64,000 nucleotides of DNA from Eledone cirrhosa (lineage: Eukaryota). The notes under the pieces are model-generated. The model was not told the DNA's origin. It saw only the letters and a list, made by a program, of their open reading frames with translations, and searched no databases. The translations under genes and the position numbers were made by a program. Position 1 is the stretch's first letter, and every line of letters begins with the position of its first letter. Positions 36,461-49,680 of the stretch are shown here, one piece after another. The stretch lies in contig OZ024766.1 in the NCBI GenBank assembly GCA_964016885.1, forward strand, positions 7,068,001 to 7,132,000. Direction: 5' to 3'.

Positions 36461-39400
36461 CCCGCCTGTATATTTGCGTGCTCTATCTATCGCCAATCGC
36501 TTCAGCGTGCTGAACGAGGACGAGGCGGTGAATTGGCAGAGGGTCGAACGCCATGCTTTGACGCATAGAGTTACGGTCCTTGCCATTCTGAGTTCAAATC
36601 CCGCCGAGGTTAACTTTGCCTTTCATCCTTACGGGGGTCGATAAAATAAAGTACCAGTAATGCACTGGGTAATTGCTGGCCTTGTGCCAAACGTAGAAAC
36701 AATTATCTCTTCTTTCTCCTACTACTACTACTACTTCCTTTTGTCTTTTTGACTATTTCCCATTCTCTGACCATCTGATCACTTCCTGTATTAGTCCGTC
36801 TCTACTTCACCCCCCTCTGCTACAGAACAGTAATTTATTTTATCAATCCAGCCAAGATGAAAGGCGGGACTTGAACTCAGATCATAAAGGGAGGTAACTC
36901 TATGCTACAAAGCATGGTGTCCGACCCTCTGCCAATCCACCGCCTATATATATATAGTAAAAATAATAATTGTTTCTATATTTGGCAGCAATTACTCCAG
37001 TACATTACTGGTACTTTATTTTATCGACCCCGTAAGGATGAAAGGCAAAGTTAACCTCGGCGAGATTTGAACTCCGTAAAGGGAGGTAACTATGCTGGAA
37101 AGCATGGCGTCCGACTCTCTACCGATAGTGCCAATATATATATACATATAGGAAAAAAGTCAGGACCTCGACGGCTGAGCGTTCAGAAATAGCTGTCGAA
37201 ACGGCCGGAGCTCAGCTGACGGGGTCCTGACTCTTTTCCTATTACCCACAGTATCGAGTACTCTGGTGCGTTATGTTCCACCTGCTTCCTTCGTTATATA
37301 TATATATAAAAATTACCAGTCAAGTACTGGGGTTGTTCTTCCTCTATATCTCTTTATTATTTCCCCTCTTTCACTGGAAGAAATCTGCTGAACGAGGACG
37401 AGGCGGTGAATTGGTAGAGGGTCGAACGCCATGCTTTGACGCATAGAGTTACGGTCCTTGCCATTCTGAGTTCAAATCCCGCCGAGGTTAACTTTGCCTT
37501 TCATCCTTACGGGGTCGATAAAATAAAGTACCAGTAATGCACTGGGGTAATTGCTGGCCTTGTGCCTAAAGTAGAAACAATTATCTCTTCTTTCTCCTAC
37601 TACTACTACTACTAATACTGCTTCCTTTTCATACGTTATTTTGTCTTTTTGACTATTTCCCATTCTCTGACCATCTGATCACTTCCTGTATTAGTCCGTC
37701 TCTACTTCACCCCCCTCTGCTACAGAATAGTAATTTATTTTATCAATCCAGCCAAGATGAAAGGCAAACCTAACCATAACAGGAGGGTTTCGACTGAGAA
37801 AGTCGCAACTAAATATTGTAAAACAACCTGTCCGATATTCTGAGTGTTGTAACATAAAAATTGCTCAAGAAAAACCGTATGTCAATACTGCGCCCTTATC
37901 AGGACAATACGATACGATACCATATATATATATATGCTGTACTTAGGCCCGGGCTCCGCTAGGCTTTAAGAATTGCTCAAGAAACAGCGTATGTCAATAC
38001 GGCGCTCGTAACAGGAGGATTTCAACTTTGAAGAAAGTCGCATATAAATATCGTAAAACTATCTGTCCGACATTCTAGCGATACTGAGTGTTGTAAGGTG
38101 AAATCAGAAGTCTCTGCGACTTGTGATTATAAATTATACAAGTTGAGAAACACACCTGGAAGAAATCTGCTCATTCAATTCAAGACATTCAGATCAAATA
38201 TTTATACATATTTACGATCGCTGCAGGGACACAACTACCTCTGTCTGTTTTTTTTCTTCTTTCTTTCCCTCTGTTCCCCACCATGTTTCTCTCTTCATCT
38301 TTTCTGCCCAATTCTTTCTCTCTTGTCCCTTATTTTATATTAAAAGAGGGCCACTTGACGCAGACGCCAGATAAAATAATTCAAACGTCTTAGCAACTCT
38401 TCTCGTCCTTCACAAAAGAATTAAATCTCGTAACAGGAGGATTTCAACTTTGAAGAAAGTCGCATATAAATATCGTAAAATTATCTGTCCGACATTCTAG
38501 CGATACTGAGTGTTGTAAGGTGAAATCAGAAGTCTCTGCGACTTGTGATTATAAATTATACAAGTTGAGAAACACACCTGGAAGAAATCGGCTTTACCCA
38601 GACCTGGCGGAGCCCAGCTAGGCACAAGTTGAAAAACGTAAATCTGGAATAAATCTGCTGTTCTCAGCCTTGGCTGGGGAGGGGTGAGCTCCGCCAAGCT
38701 TTAAAAAATACCAAAGAAACACCGTATGTCAATACGGCATTCATATCAGGAGTTACACAATGTCAATACAGCGCCCTTAATAGGATTACAGGACAATACA
38801 ATACCATACCATATATATAAATGCTGTACTTAGACCCAGGAAAGGACGGGCTCTGCCAGGCTTTTAAAATACCGTTGCCGCTGTCAAAAACGACTTTTAC
38901 AACCAGCTTTAACAGGTCTTGGGACAATGATCACCCCAAGGCATCAAGATGATCGTGACGGACCCAAACACTCACAACATCAACATCATCTGCCGGGTCC
39001 ACAGAAGAGCTCAACTCGACAATACTGATTGCGAACGGACCCTGACACCAAGTCTGAGTGTGACGTCCTTGTAAACTCAAGACCCCTTCCCAAACTGCCC
39101 TGGATTTCACTACGGACAATGGAGATAATTAAACTGTCGCTGCAAGGCTCGCCAGCGCTGCTCAAAGGATACACATGAGTACCGCCGGCTCAACAAGAAA
39201 ATAATTCGCTCGGAATACATATTTTTTCATTGTTGTATATATTTATATATCTTCCTAATAAATGTAGCGGTCCTGGCGTCAGTACAGAGGTAAGTAATCT
39301 ATTTTTTAAATTATTTATTGAAGAAAAAGATATAAACGAAATGAATGGAGGTAATTCGTTCGGAATAGAGATTTTCATGATTGTATATATATATGTACAT

Positions 39401-40399
39401 ATGTGTGTATATATATATATAGTTATGTTTGTATATATATATGTACATATGTGTGTATATATATATATATATATAGTTATGTTTGTATATATTTATATAG
39501 TTATGTTTGTATATATTTATATAGTTATGTTTGTATATATTTATATAGTTATGTTTGTATATATATATAGTTATGTTTGTATATATATATATGTACATAT
39601 GTTTGTATATATATATATGTACATATGTGTGTATATATAGTTATGTTTGTATATATTTATATAGTTATGTACATATGTGTGTATATATATATGTTGGGCA
39701 GTCTGGTTTCTTGTGGCCCTGGGACGGCATATGTATATATATATATCTTCCTAATAAATGTCTTAAATGTAGCGGTCCTGGCGTCAGTACAGAGGTAAGT
39801 AATCTATATTTTTAATTATTTATTGAAGAAAAAAATATAAACGAAATGAATGGAGGTAATTGGTTCGGAATAGAGATTTTCATGAGAAACTTGTTACTGC
39901 GTTGGTCTGAAGACGATATTTTTTATGAATATAATTTCATAATTTATAGAGACAAAAAGGTTCAGAGGTCGAATCCCTCATCGTCACAGTACCACCAATG
40001 CGCTAATAAGTTTCTTGTAGAAATATCTCTACTCAGAACCCCAAATTACCTCCCTTCGTTTCGTTTATTTTTTTTTAAGCAAAAATTGTGAAAAGTACCC
40101 ATAAGTATGTGTTTGGAACTCAGTAGAATTGCGGCCTTCGAGGTGGCGCGCGAGCTGCGTCTCGTATCGCCGGTCCCAGTGACTGACGTTCGTTTCGTAG
40201 TGGCGTGCGACTGCTAAAAGGGCCTGGGACTGTCTGGGCCGGTACGTAGATACTGGCCCGTCCCAGACCACCTCGGAGAATTTTTTTGCTAAAAAAAACC
40301 TCGATTATCTCCCCTTGGATTTTACCTCCCTTGATTTTAAGAATTCATTTTGATTTTTCGACTTTTCAAATAGATTTATTTTGGACATTTTGAATGCAT

Positions 40400-41975
40400 T
40401 TCACATGGAATTCCTCTCGACTTTTCAGAAACACTAATTTCATATAGAATTTTTTTTTTCGTCTATTCAGAAACACTCATTTCATATAGATTTTTTTTTC
40501 GACTTTTCAAAAACACCCGTTTCATATAGAATTTTTTTTTGACTTTTCAAAAACACTCGTTTCATATAGAATTTTTTTTCGACTTTTCAAAAACACTCAT
40601 TTCATATAGATTTTTTTTTCGACTTTTCAAAAACACCAGTTTCATATAGAATTTTTTTTTCGACTTTTCAAAAACACTCATTTCATATAGATTTTTTTTT
40701 CGACTTTTCAAAAACACTCATTTCATATAGATTTTTTTTTCGACTTTTCAAAAACACCCGTTTCATATAGATTTTTTTTTTCGACTTTTCAAATACACAC
40801 ATTTCATATAGATTTTTTTTTCGACACTTTGAAAAACACCCGTTTCATATAGAATTTTTTTTCGACTTTTCAGAAACACACATTTCATATAGATTTTTTT
40901 TCGACACTTTGAAAAACACTCATTTCATATAGAATTTTTTTTCGACTTTTCAAAAACACTCATTTCATATAGATTTTTTTTTTCGACTTTTCAAAAACAC
41001 CCGTTTCATATAGAATTTTTTTTCGACTTTTCAAAAACACACATTTCATATAGATTTTTTTTCGACACTTTGAAAAACACACATTTCATATAGATTTTTT
41101 TTTCGACACTTTGAAAAACACACATTTCATATAGATTTTTTTTTCGACACTTTGAAAAACACACATTTCATATAGATTTTTTTTCGACACTTTGAAAAAC
41201 ACCCGTTTCATATAGAATTTTTTTTCGACTTTTCAAAAACACACATTTCATATAGATTTTTTTTCGACACTTTGAAAAACACTCGTTTCATATAGAATTT
41301 TTTTTCGACTTTTCAAAAACACACATTTCATATAGATTTTTTTTCGACACTTTGAAAAACACCCGTTTCATATAGAATTTTTTTTCGACTTTTCAAAAAC
41401 ACTCATTTCATATAGATTTTTTTTCGACACTTTGAAAAACACTCGTTTCATATAGAATTTTTTTTTGACTTTTCAAAAACACACATTTCATATAGATTTT
41501 TTTTCGACACTTTGAAAAACACCCGTTTCATATAGAATTTTTTTTCGACTTTTCAAAAACACTCATTTCATATAGATTTTTTTTCGACACTTTGAAAAAC
41601 ACTCGTTTCATATAGAATTTTTTTTTGACTTTTCAAAAACACACATTTCATATAGATTTTTTTTCGACACTTTGAAAAACACTCGTTTCATATAGAATTT
41701 TTTTTCGACTTTTCAAAAACACACATTTCATATAGATTTTTTTTCGACACTTTGAAAAACACTCGTTTCATATAGAATTTTTTTTTGACTTTTCAAAAAC
41801 ACACATTTCATATAGATTTTTTTTCGACACTTTGAAAAACACTCGTTTCATATAGAATTTTTTTTCGACTTTTCAAAAACACACATTTCATATAGATTTT
41901 TTTTCGACACTTTGAAAAACACCCGTTTCATATAGAATTTTTTTTGACTTTTCAGAAAACATTAATTTCATACAG
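40400..41975. repeat. 40-41-bp AT-rich satellite with ~81-bp dimer structure
   Basis: Alternating tttcgacttttcaaaaacacacatttcatataga and ttcgacactttgaaaaacactcgtttcatataga units. Confidence 0.95.
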
Positions 41976-43254
41976 ATTTTTTTTTTCTAGACACTTCATT
42001 TAGATTCTTAGTTTTTTTTAGACACTTCATTTAGTTTCTTTTTAGACACTTCATTTAGATTCTTAGTTTCTTTTTTTTTTTAGACACTTCATTTAGTTTC
42101 TTTTTAGATTCTTACTTTCTTTTTTTTTTTAGACACTTCATTTAGATTCTTAGTTTTTTTTAGACACTTCATTCACATTCTTAATTTCTTTTTAGACACT
42201 TCATTTAGATTCTTATTACTCAAGGGAGACAACTCATACTTTTAAAGAGTTACCTCCCTTTATTACCCATTTTTAAAAATTTCCAAGGGAGACAATTCAT
42301 ACTTTTAAAGAGTTACCTCCCTTTGTTAAAAAATTCCAAGGGATATAACTTTCCAGTAAATTTTGTTTTTTTGCGCTATAGTTGTGCCCTTTATTTCTAA
42401 AGTAGTTTTTTCTTTTCCTTTGAATTGAAATAATTCAAGATCCTTTATTGGGCTAAACACTAATTTTTTTTTTTGTCAAAATATTAATCCAACTTGTATA
42501 TAATAAGCAAAGATTTCTTTATTAACAGAAACTTTGTTTATGAGTCTAAAAGCTCATCTTTTTTTGTCAAATAAACTGAACACAACTCGTAAATAAAATT
42601 TAAAGATTTCTTTATTAACAAAAACTTTATTCATACAATTCGTAAATAATATTTAAATATTTCTTTTATTAACAGACACTTCATCACTGTTCAGGAAACT
42701 TGGACATACTTTCACAATCAAAACCTTCTTTCAGTGGTTGCAGCAAACACAGCATCTGACGGAGAAGGCTGGACATCTGTAAGAAAAACTATGAAAATCA
42801 TTTATATACACTGTCAATAAAAAAAATTAAAACTTTATCAAATTATTCCAGTTTTGTGTTTTATTATGTATATGTACATATATAAGGATGTATTTGTATA
42901 TACATTTAAATACTTACGTTGTCAATAAAACAATTTAAAACTATATAAAATTCTTCCGATTTATTTTTTACAATATATACATATAGTGAAATTCCGTTAT
43001 TTGGAAATTCACGGGCTATAAAAACAACTTTTTATAACGAAATCGACCTTACCCCTCGATCGTGTTGCCGGGGACTGAAAAAATAATTTCGTTATAACGG
43101 AATTTTACCTGTACATATATAGTAAGGGGTTAACCGTACAATGGCGTGCGGACCACATAATGATCTGTCAGTTGTGAAGTTACGGATTTTAATAAACCAA
43201 AACCAAGTGAATAGGGCCTCTGCTTTTTTCTTGATATATATATATATATATAAT

Positions 43255-43757
43255 TGGACATGTGATGCGTATGAAGGATGACAGCTGCATAAAAAGGTGC
43301 AGAGCACTAGAAGTCAATGGAAACCGCGAAGTGGGGAGACCCAAGATGACCTGGGATGAGGTGATAAAAGCCGACCTTACCCAATTACACCTCTCAAAGA
43401 CGATGACACACGACCGTGACCTCTGGCGTCACGCAGTAATACAGACTACCCGACCTCCCATGGGTACAAGCTGAAGCATATAGACAATATGCCCCCCCCC
43501 CCCCACCGCAAGGTGGTCGTAGAGGTGCCACGGCAAAAAAGCACCCAGCCCACACTGTAAAGTGGACGTGTAGGTGCCACGAAAAAGCACCCATCACTCA
43601 CTGTAAATGAGGTTGGTGTTAGGAAGGGCATCCAGCAAAAATCAGTTCCTGTATGAGCAAGGCATGGTCAGCCGACCAGACACTGCTCACAACAGGACAG
43701 CCCGTCTAACCCATGCTAGCATGGAAGAACGGACGTAAAACGGTGATGATGATGTTG
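43255..43757 (+). mobile_element. RTE LINE 3' end with ORF terminus, 3' UTR and (GAT)n tail
   Basis: GHVMRM...GRPKMTWDEVIKADL...DRDLWRHAV. Confidence 0.85.
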
Positions 43758-43867
43758 ATAATTGGAAATTAAACAACACAAAATATAACTACTCCATTAC
43801 CAAAGTTTTCTGGATCTGTCGGACAGAGATGTCGAATGGTTGGTTGTGTTGTGGTGTTGATTCATTT

Positions 43868-44236
43868 ATTGCGTGTGTGCTCACTTGAAGATTGCTGAGC
43901 AGTGTGGTAAGTGTAGACGAGAGAAACTTGATGTGTCTGATACAGTGTGGTCAGAGATTGCGTGTGTGCTCACTTGAAGATTGCTGAGCAGTGTGGTAAG
44001 TGTAGACGAGAGAAATTTGATGCGTCTGATACAGTGTGGTCAGAGATTGCGTGTGTGCTCACTTGAAGATTGCTGAGCAGTGTGGTAAGTGTAGACGAGA
44101 GAAACTTGATGCGTCTGATACAGTGTGGTCAGAGATTGCGTGTGTGCTCACTTGAAGATTGCTGAGCAGTGTGGTAAGTGTAGACGAGAGAAACTTGATG
44201 TGTCTGATACAGTGTGGTCAGAGATTGCGTGTGTGT
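43868..44236. repeat. 89-bp tandem repeat x4
   Basis: attgcgtgtgtgctcacttgaagattgctgagcag... recurring every 89 bp. Confidence 0.9.
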
Positions 44237-45974
44237 AAGTAAGTAAGTATCAGTGTTAATTAAAATGATGATTGCCTCATCACGTAGGATAAGCATTGTT
44301 GCAATTCAATTGAAGCACTCAAAGTGTGAAAAGTCGAAAAGAATCTATATTAAATGAGTGTTTTGTGAAAAGTCGAAATAAAATCTATATGAAATGTTTG
44401 CTTTCTAATACCATATGTCGGTCGCAAATCCAAACAAAAGGAGCGAGTATAGGACGAGAACCAGGTCCTGTATTTACCCACCTCTGTGGAAAGAGACGAA
44501 GAGGACGTCCCAAGTTGATCTGGTGACAGACAATTGACAGAGACCTGAAACTCGTCCAACAAAAGTTTGAACGATGTATTGTAAAAAATAAATCGGAAGA
44601 ATTTTATATAGTTTTAAATTGTTTTATTGACAACGTAAGTATTTAAATGTATATAGATGTATTGATAGATGTAACTGACCATGGTGGACATTGGTTGCTC
44701 GTATGTCTCAAGATATGGGAGTTTTAAGTCTAATCTATCTGTCTATCTCTCAAATGAGAGACATGATAATCCAAAGGGAAACAAAAATACAAAGTTAGTT
44801 TCAATAAAATAAAACTTTACTTTACCTTCGTAAAAATGGTAAAAATCCAAGTTTTTAACGTTTATTTTTTTTCTGTAGGTTGGAAAACACGTTTAAAATT
44901 TAAGCAGAGAGATAAACCCAAAGAGGTCCGTTCTGTGTAAATCTGTATTGGTACCCCCCTCCCAAGAATGTAGATGAAGTGTCTAAAAAAAGAAACTACA
45001 TTTATCTATCTCACACAACTCCAAGTGAGATACACGTGAATCAGGTCCTGTATTGGTACCGACTCATCTGGAAAGAGACGGAAATGTCGTCCCAAGATCA
45101 TCTGGCGCCAGACAATCGACAGAGAACTGAAACTCGTCAACAAAAGTTGGAGCGATAGATGTAACCATGGTGATGGTTGTGTCTCAAGATGTGGGAGTTT
45201 TAAGTCTAATCTATCTGTCTATCTCCCAAATGAGAGACATGATAATCCAAAGGGAAACAAAAATACAAAGTTAGTTTCAATAAAATAAAACTTTACTTTA
45301 CATTCGTAAAAATGGTGAAAATCCAAGTTTTTAACGTTTATTTTTTTCTGTAGGTTGGAAAACACGTTTAAAATTTATGCAGAGAGATAAACCCAAAGGG
45401 GTCCGTCCGTTCTGTGTAAATCTGTATTGATACCCCCCTCCCAAGAATGTAGATGAAGTGTCTAAAAATGAAACTACGTCTGTCTGTCTGTCTATTTCAC
45501 ATGACAATCAGGTCCTGTATTGGTACCCACCTCTGTGGAAAGAGACGAAGAGGACGTCCCAAGATGATCTGGTGACAGACAATCGACAGAGACCTGAAAC
45601 TCGCGACTTCCAAGTGTAAGACATGTTAACCAGGTCGTGTACTGGTAGTCATCCTAAAAAAAAATTGTTAGTACATTTGTGTCAAGACGATGTTTTTTTA
45701 ATGAATATAATTTCATCATTTAAAGAAAAAATTCCCGAGATCGAATCTCTCAACGTCCCAAGTCGACCAGAGAAAGGATTACAATTGAATTATGTCTGTA
45801 GATCATTAAGTACCAGTAATGTACTGGGGTATTTGCTGGCCTTGTGCCAAAAGTAGAAACAATTATATTTTTGGGCAAGGCTGTGCATTCTAATAAATAT
45901 TGCATGTACAGGTGATCAAAGTGTGTATATATTTTTCTGGGACATCCCGTATATATGTGTACATATCAAGATAT

Positions 45975-47160
45975 ACAGAGTGACCACAAAAACACTCTCT
46001 GCAAAGAATCTGGAGTTCAAACCCTGCCGAGGTTGGCTTTGCCTTTCATCCTTACGGGGGGCCGATACAATAAAGTACCAGTAATACACTGAGGTAATTG
46101 CTGGCCTTGTGCCTAAAGTAGAAACAGTTATTACAGGGCTGATAAAATAAAGTACCAGTAATACACTGAGGTAATTGCTGGCCTTGTGCCTAAAGTAGAA
46201 ACAGTTATTACAGGGCTGATAAAATAAAGTACCAGTAATACACTGAGGTAATTGCTGGCCTTGTGCCTAAAGTAGAAACAGTTATTACAGGGTTGATAAA
46301 ATAAAGTACCAGTAATGCACTGGGGTAATTGCTGGCCTTGTGCCCCCAAAAGTAGAAACAATTATTACAGGGTTGATAAAATAAAGTACCAGTAATACAC
46401 TGGGGTAATTGCTGGCCTTGTGCCTAAAGTAGAAACAATTATTACAGGGCTGATAAAATAAAGTACCAGTAATACACTGAGGTAATTGCTGGCCTTGTGC
46501 CTAAAGTAGAAACAGTTATTACAGGGTTGATAAAATAAAGTACCAGTAATACACTGAGGTAATTGCTGGCCTTGTGCCTAAAGTAGAAACAGTTATTACA
46601 GGGTTGATAAAATAAAGTACCAGTAATACACTGAGGTAATTGCTGGCCTTGTGCCTAAAGTAGAAACAGTTATTACAGGGTTGATAAAATAAAGTACCAG
46701 TAATACACTGAGGTAATTGCTGGCCTTGTGCCTAAAGTAGAAACAGTTATTACAGGGTTGATAAAATAAAGTACCAGTAATACACTGAGGTAATTGCTGG
46801 CCTTGTGCCTAAAGTAGAAACAGTTATTACAGGGTTGATAAAATAAAGTACCAGTAATACACTGAGGTAATTGCTGGCCTTGTGCCTAAAGTAGAAACAG
46901 TTATTACAGGGCTGATAAAATAAAGTACCAGTAATACACTGAGGTAATTGCTGGCCTTGTGCTTAAAGTAGAAACAATTATTGCATTGATTTTTGCCGAT
47001 CAACAAAAGGGTCAAACATCGATTGTCTTTGATATCAACCAATACCACATGAAACTTTGTTAGTTTATGCAACTGTAGCCACCAAAATTGTAAGAATATT
47101 CATTTAAGTTTTCCTATTATAAGTATTTGATATCAAGAAGTGTTTTTGTGGTCACCCTGC
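45975..47160. mobile_element. Tc1/mariner-like MITE containing a nested SINE B with 77-bp tail x12
   Basis: TIR-like ends cagagtgaccacaaaaacact / agtgtttttgtggtcaccctg; array at 46070-46982. Confidence 0.6.
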
Positions 47161-47269
47161 ATATTGAAAAACGTGAGGAGGGGTAGCAATAGCTAAACAA
47201 AACTATCGTTTAATAAGCTATTGGTGACATTATGGAGGGAAATAAATATACAATGTTTCAATAAAAGAT

Positions 47270-49208
47270 TTCAAGTGAGAGACGTGTTAATCAGGTCCTG
47301 TATTGGGGTCGCCTCTCGTGGAAAGAGGCGAAGAGGATGTCCCAAGATGATCTGGTGCCAGACAATAGACTGAAACATGAAACGAGTCAACAAAACTTGG
47401 AACGATGTATTGACAGATGTAACTGACAATGGTGATCGTTGGAACACTTTGTTTTCTTCGTATGTCTCAAGATATGGGAGTTTTGAGTCTAAGCCTGTCT
47501 ATTTCACACGACTACCAATTGAGGGACATGTTAATCATGTCCTGTATTGGTACCCACCTCTGAAGAAAGAGAGGAAGAGGATGTCCCAAGATGATATGGT
47601 GCCAGACAATCGATTGAGACCTGAAACTCGTCAACAAAAGTTGGAACGATGTATTGATAGATGTAACTGACCATGGTGGACATTGGAGGACTTTGGTTGC
47701 CTCGTATGTCTCAAGATATGGGAGTTTGAAGTCTAATATGTCTGTCCGTCTATCTATCTCCCACGACTCCCAGGTGAGAGACATGAAAATCAGGTCCTGT
47801 ATTGGTACAACTTCGTCTGGAAAGAGGCGAAGAGGATGTCCCAAGATGATCTGGTGCCAGACAATCGACTGGGACCTGAACATTATTAACAAAAGTTGGA
47901 ACGATGTATTGATAGATGTAACTGACAATGGTGATCGTTGGAACACTTTGTTTTCTTCGTATGTCTCAAGATATGGGAGTTTTGAGTCTAAGTCTGTCTA
48001 TTTCACACGACTCCCAATTGAGGGGCATGTTAATCAGGTCCTGTATTGGTACCCACCTCTGTAGAAAGAGGCGAAGAGGATGTCCCAAGATGATATGGTG
48101 CCAGACAATCGACTGAGACCTGAAACTCGTCAACAAAAAAGTTGGAACGATGTATTGATATATGTAACTGACCATGGTGGACATTGGAGGAGTTTGGTTG
48201 CCTCGTATGTCTCAAGATATGGGAGTTTGAAGTCTAATCTGTCTGTCCGTCTATCTATCTCCCACGACTCCCAGGTGAGAGACATGAAAATCAGGTCCTG
48301 TATTGGTACAACTTCGTCTGGAAAGAGGCGAAGAGGATGTCCCAAGATGATCTGGTGCCAGACAATCGACTGGGACCTGAACATTATTAACAAAAGTTGG
48401 AACGATGTATTGATAGATGTAACTGACAATGGTGATCGTTGGAACACTTTGTTTTCTTCGTATGTCTCAAGATATGGGAGTTTTGAGTCTAAGTCTGTCT
48501 ATTTCACACGACTCCCAATTGAGGGGCATGTTAATCAGGTCCTGTATTGGTACCCACCTCTGTAGAAAGAGGCGAAGAGGATGTCCCAAGATGATATGGT
48601 GCCAGACAATCGACTGAGACCTGAAACTCGTCAACAAAAAAGTTGGAACGATGTATTGATATATGTAACTGACCATGGTGGACATTGGAGGAGTTTGGTT
48701 GCCTCGTATGTCTCAAGATATGGGAGTTTGAAGTCTAATATGTCTGTCCGTCTATCTATCTCCCACGACTCCCAGGTGAGAGACATGAAAATCAGGTCCT
48801 GTATTGGTACAACTTCGTCTGGAAAGAGGCGAAGAGGATGTCCCAAGATGATCTGGTGCCAGACAATCGACTGGGACCTGAACATTATTAACAAAAGTTG
48901 GAACGATGTATTGATAGATGTAACTGACAATGGTGATCGTTGGAACACTTTGTTTTCTTCGTATGTCTCAAGATATGGGAGTTTTGAGTCTAAGTCTGTC
49001 TATTTCACACGACTCCCAATTGAGGGGCATGTTAATCAGGTCCTGTATTGGTACCCACCTCTGTAGAAAGAGGCGAAGAGGATGTCCCAAGATGATATGG
49101 TGCCAGACAATCGACTGAGACCTGAAACTCGCCAACAAAAAAGTTAGAACGATGTATTGATAGATGTAACTGACCATGGAGGACTTTGGTTGCCTCGTGT
49201 GTCTCAAG
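47270..49208 (+). repeat. Satellite of ~250-bp LINE 3'-end monomers with a 501-bp higher-order period
   Basis: ORF offsets of 501 bp (47928/48429/48930). Each monomer encodes GKRRRGCPKMIW...W..LVASYVS. Diverged monomers at 44460-45600. Confidence 0.9.
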
Positions 49209-49603
49209 AGTCTAATTAGTTTTTGAGATAATTGCGACTATGATTTCAAATACTTATGATATGAAATCTTAAATGAATATTCTTACAATTTTCGTGGCTA
49301 CAGTTGCATAAACTAACAAAGTTTCGTGTGGTGTTGGTTGATACCACATCAATGCTATAATCAAGCTCTCAGAGTGTTTTGGGGGTCACCCTGTATATTG
49401 AAAAACGTGAGGAGGGGTAGCATGAGCTAAACAAAACTATCGTTCAATAAGTTATTGGTGACATTATGGAGGGAAATAAATATACAATATTTCAATAAAA
49501 GATTTCAACATAAAATAAAGCTTTACTTTACCTCCGTAAAAATGGTAAAAATCCAAGTTTTTAACGTTTATTTTCTACAGATTAAAAAATACGTCTAAAA
49601 TTT

Positions 49604-49680
49604 CAGCGGCCATTTTTTTTTTCTGAAATATTTACAGCAATCGCGCATGCGCAAAAAACGAGCGTCAATGCGCATGTCCG
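49604..49680 (-). promoter_or_regulatory. Candidate promoter: YY1-like motif plus two NRF1-like palindromes
   Basis: gcggccatttt (AAAATGGCCGC on - strand), cgcgcatgcgca and tgcgcatg within ~75 bp. Confidence 0.4.

Noticed and set aside
37150-37240. Hammerhead in the aggacc..gaaacggc..gagctc..ggggtcct hairpin (also ~34800 and ~53225-53335)
   Set aside because: It has GAAAC and a palindromic stem III-like part, but no CUGANGA core in any copy.
40125-40285. HDV-like or hammerhead ribozyme assignment for the GC-rich fold
   Set aside because: I could not place the P1/P1.1/L3 or CUGANGA elements on either strand; kept only as an unassigned structure.
40400-41975. CRISPR-like ~40-bp periodic array
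   Set aside because: No unique spacers, no cas genes, eukaryotic context; it is a plain satellite. The same applies to 1758-2474 and 61677-63130.
44262-44330. C/D box snoRNA (ATGATGA / GTGATGA)
   Set aside because: No suitably spaced D box (CTGA) or terminal stem.
47654-49066. Tandem gene family of ~160-aa proteins
   Set aside because: These are repeats of a degenerate LINE C-terminus with frameshifts and stops.
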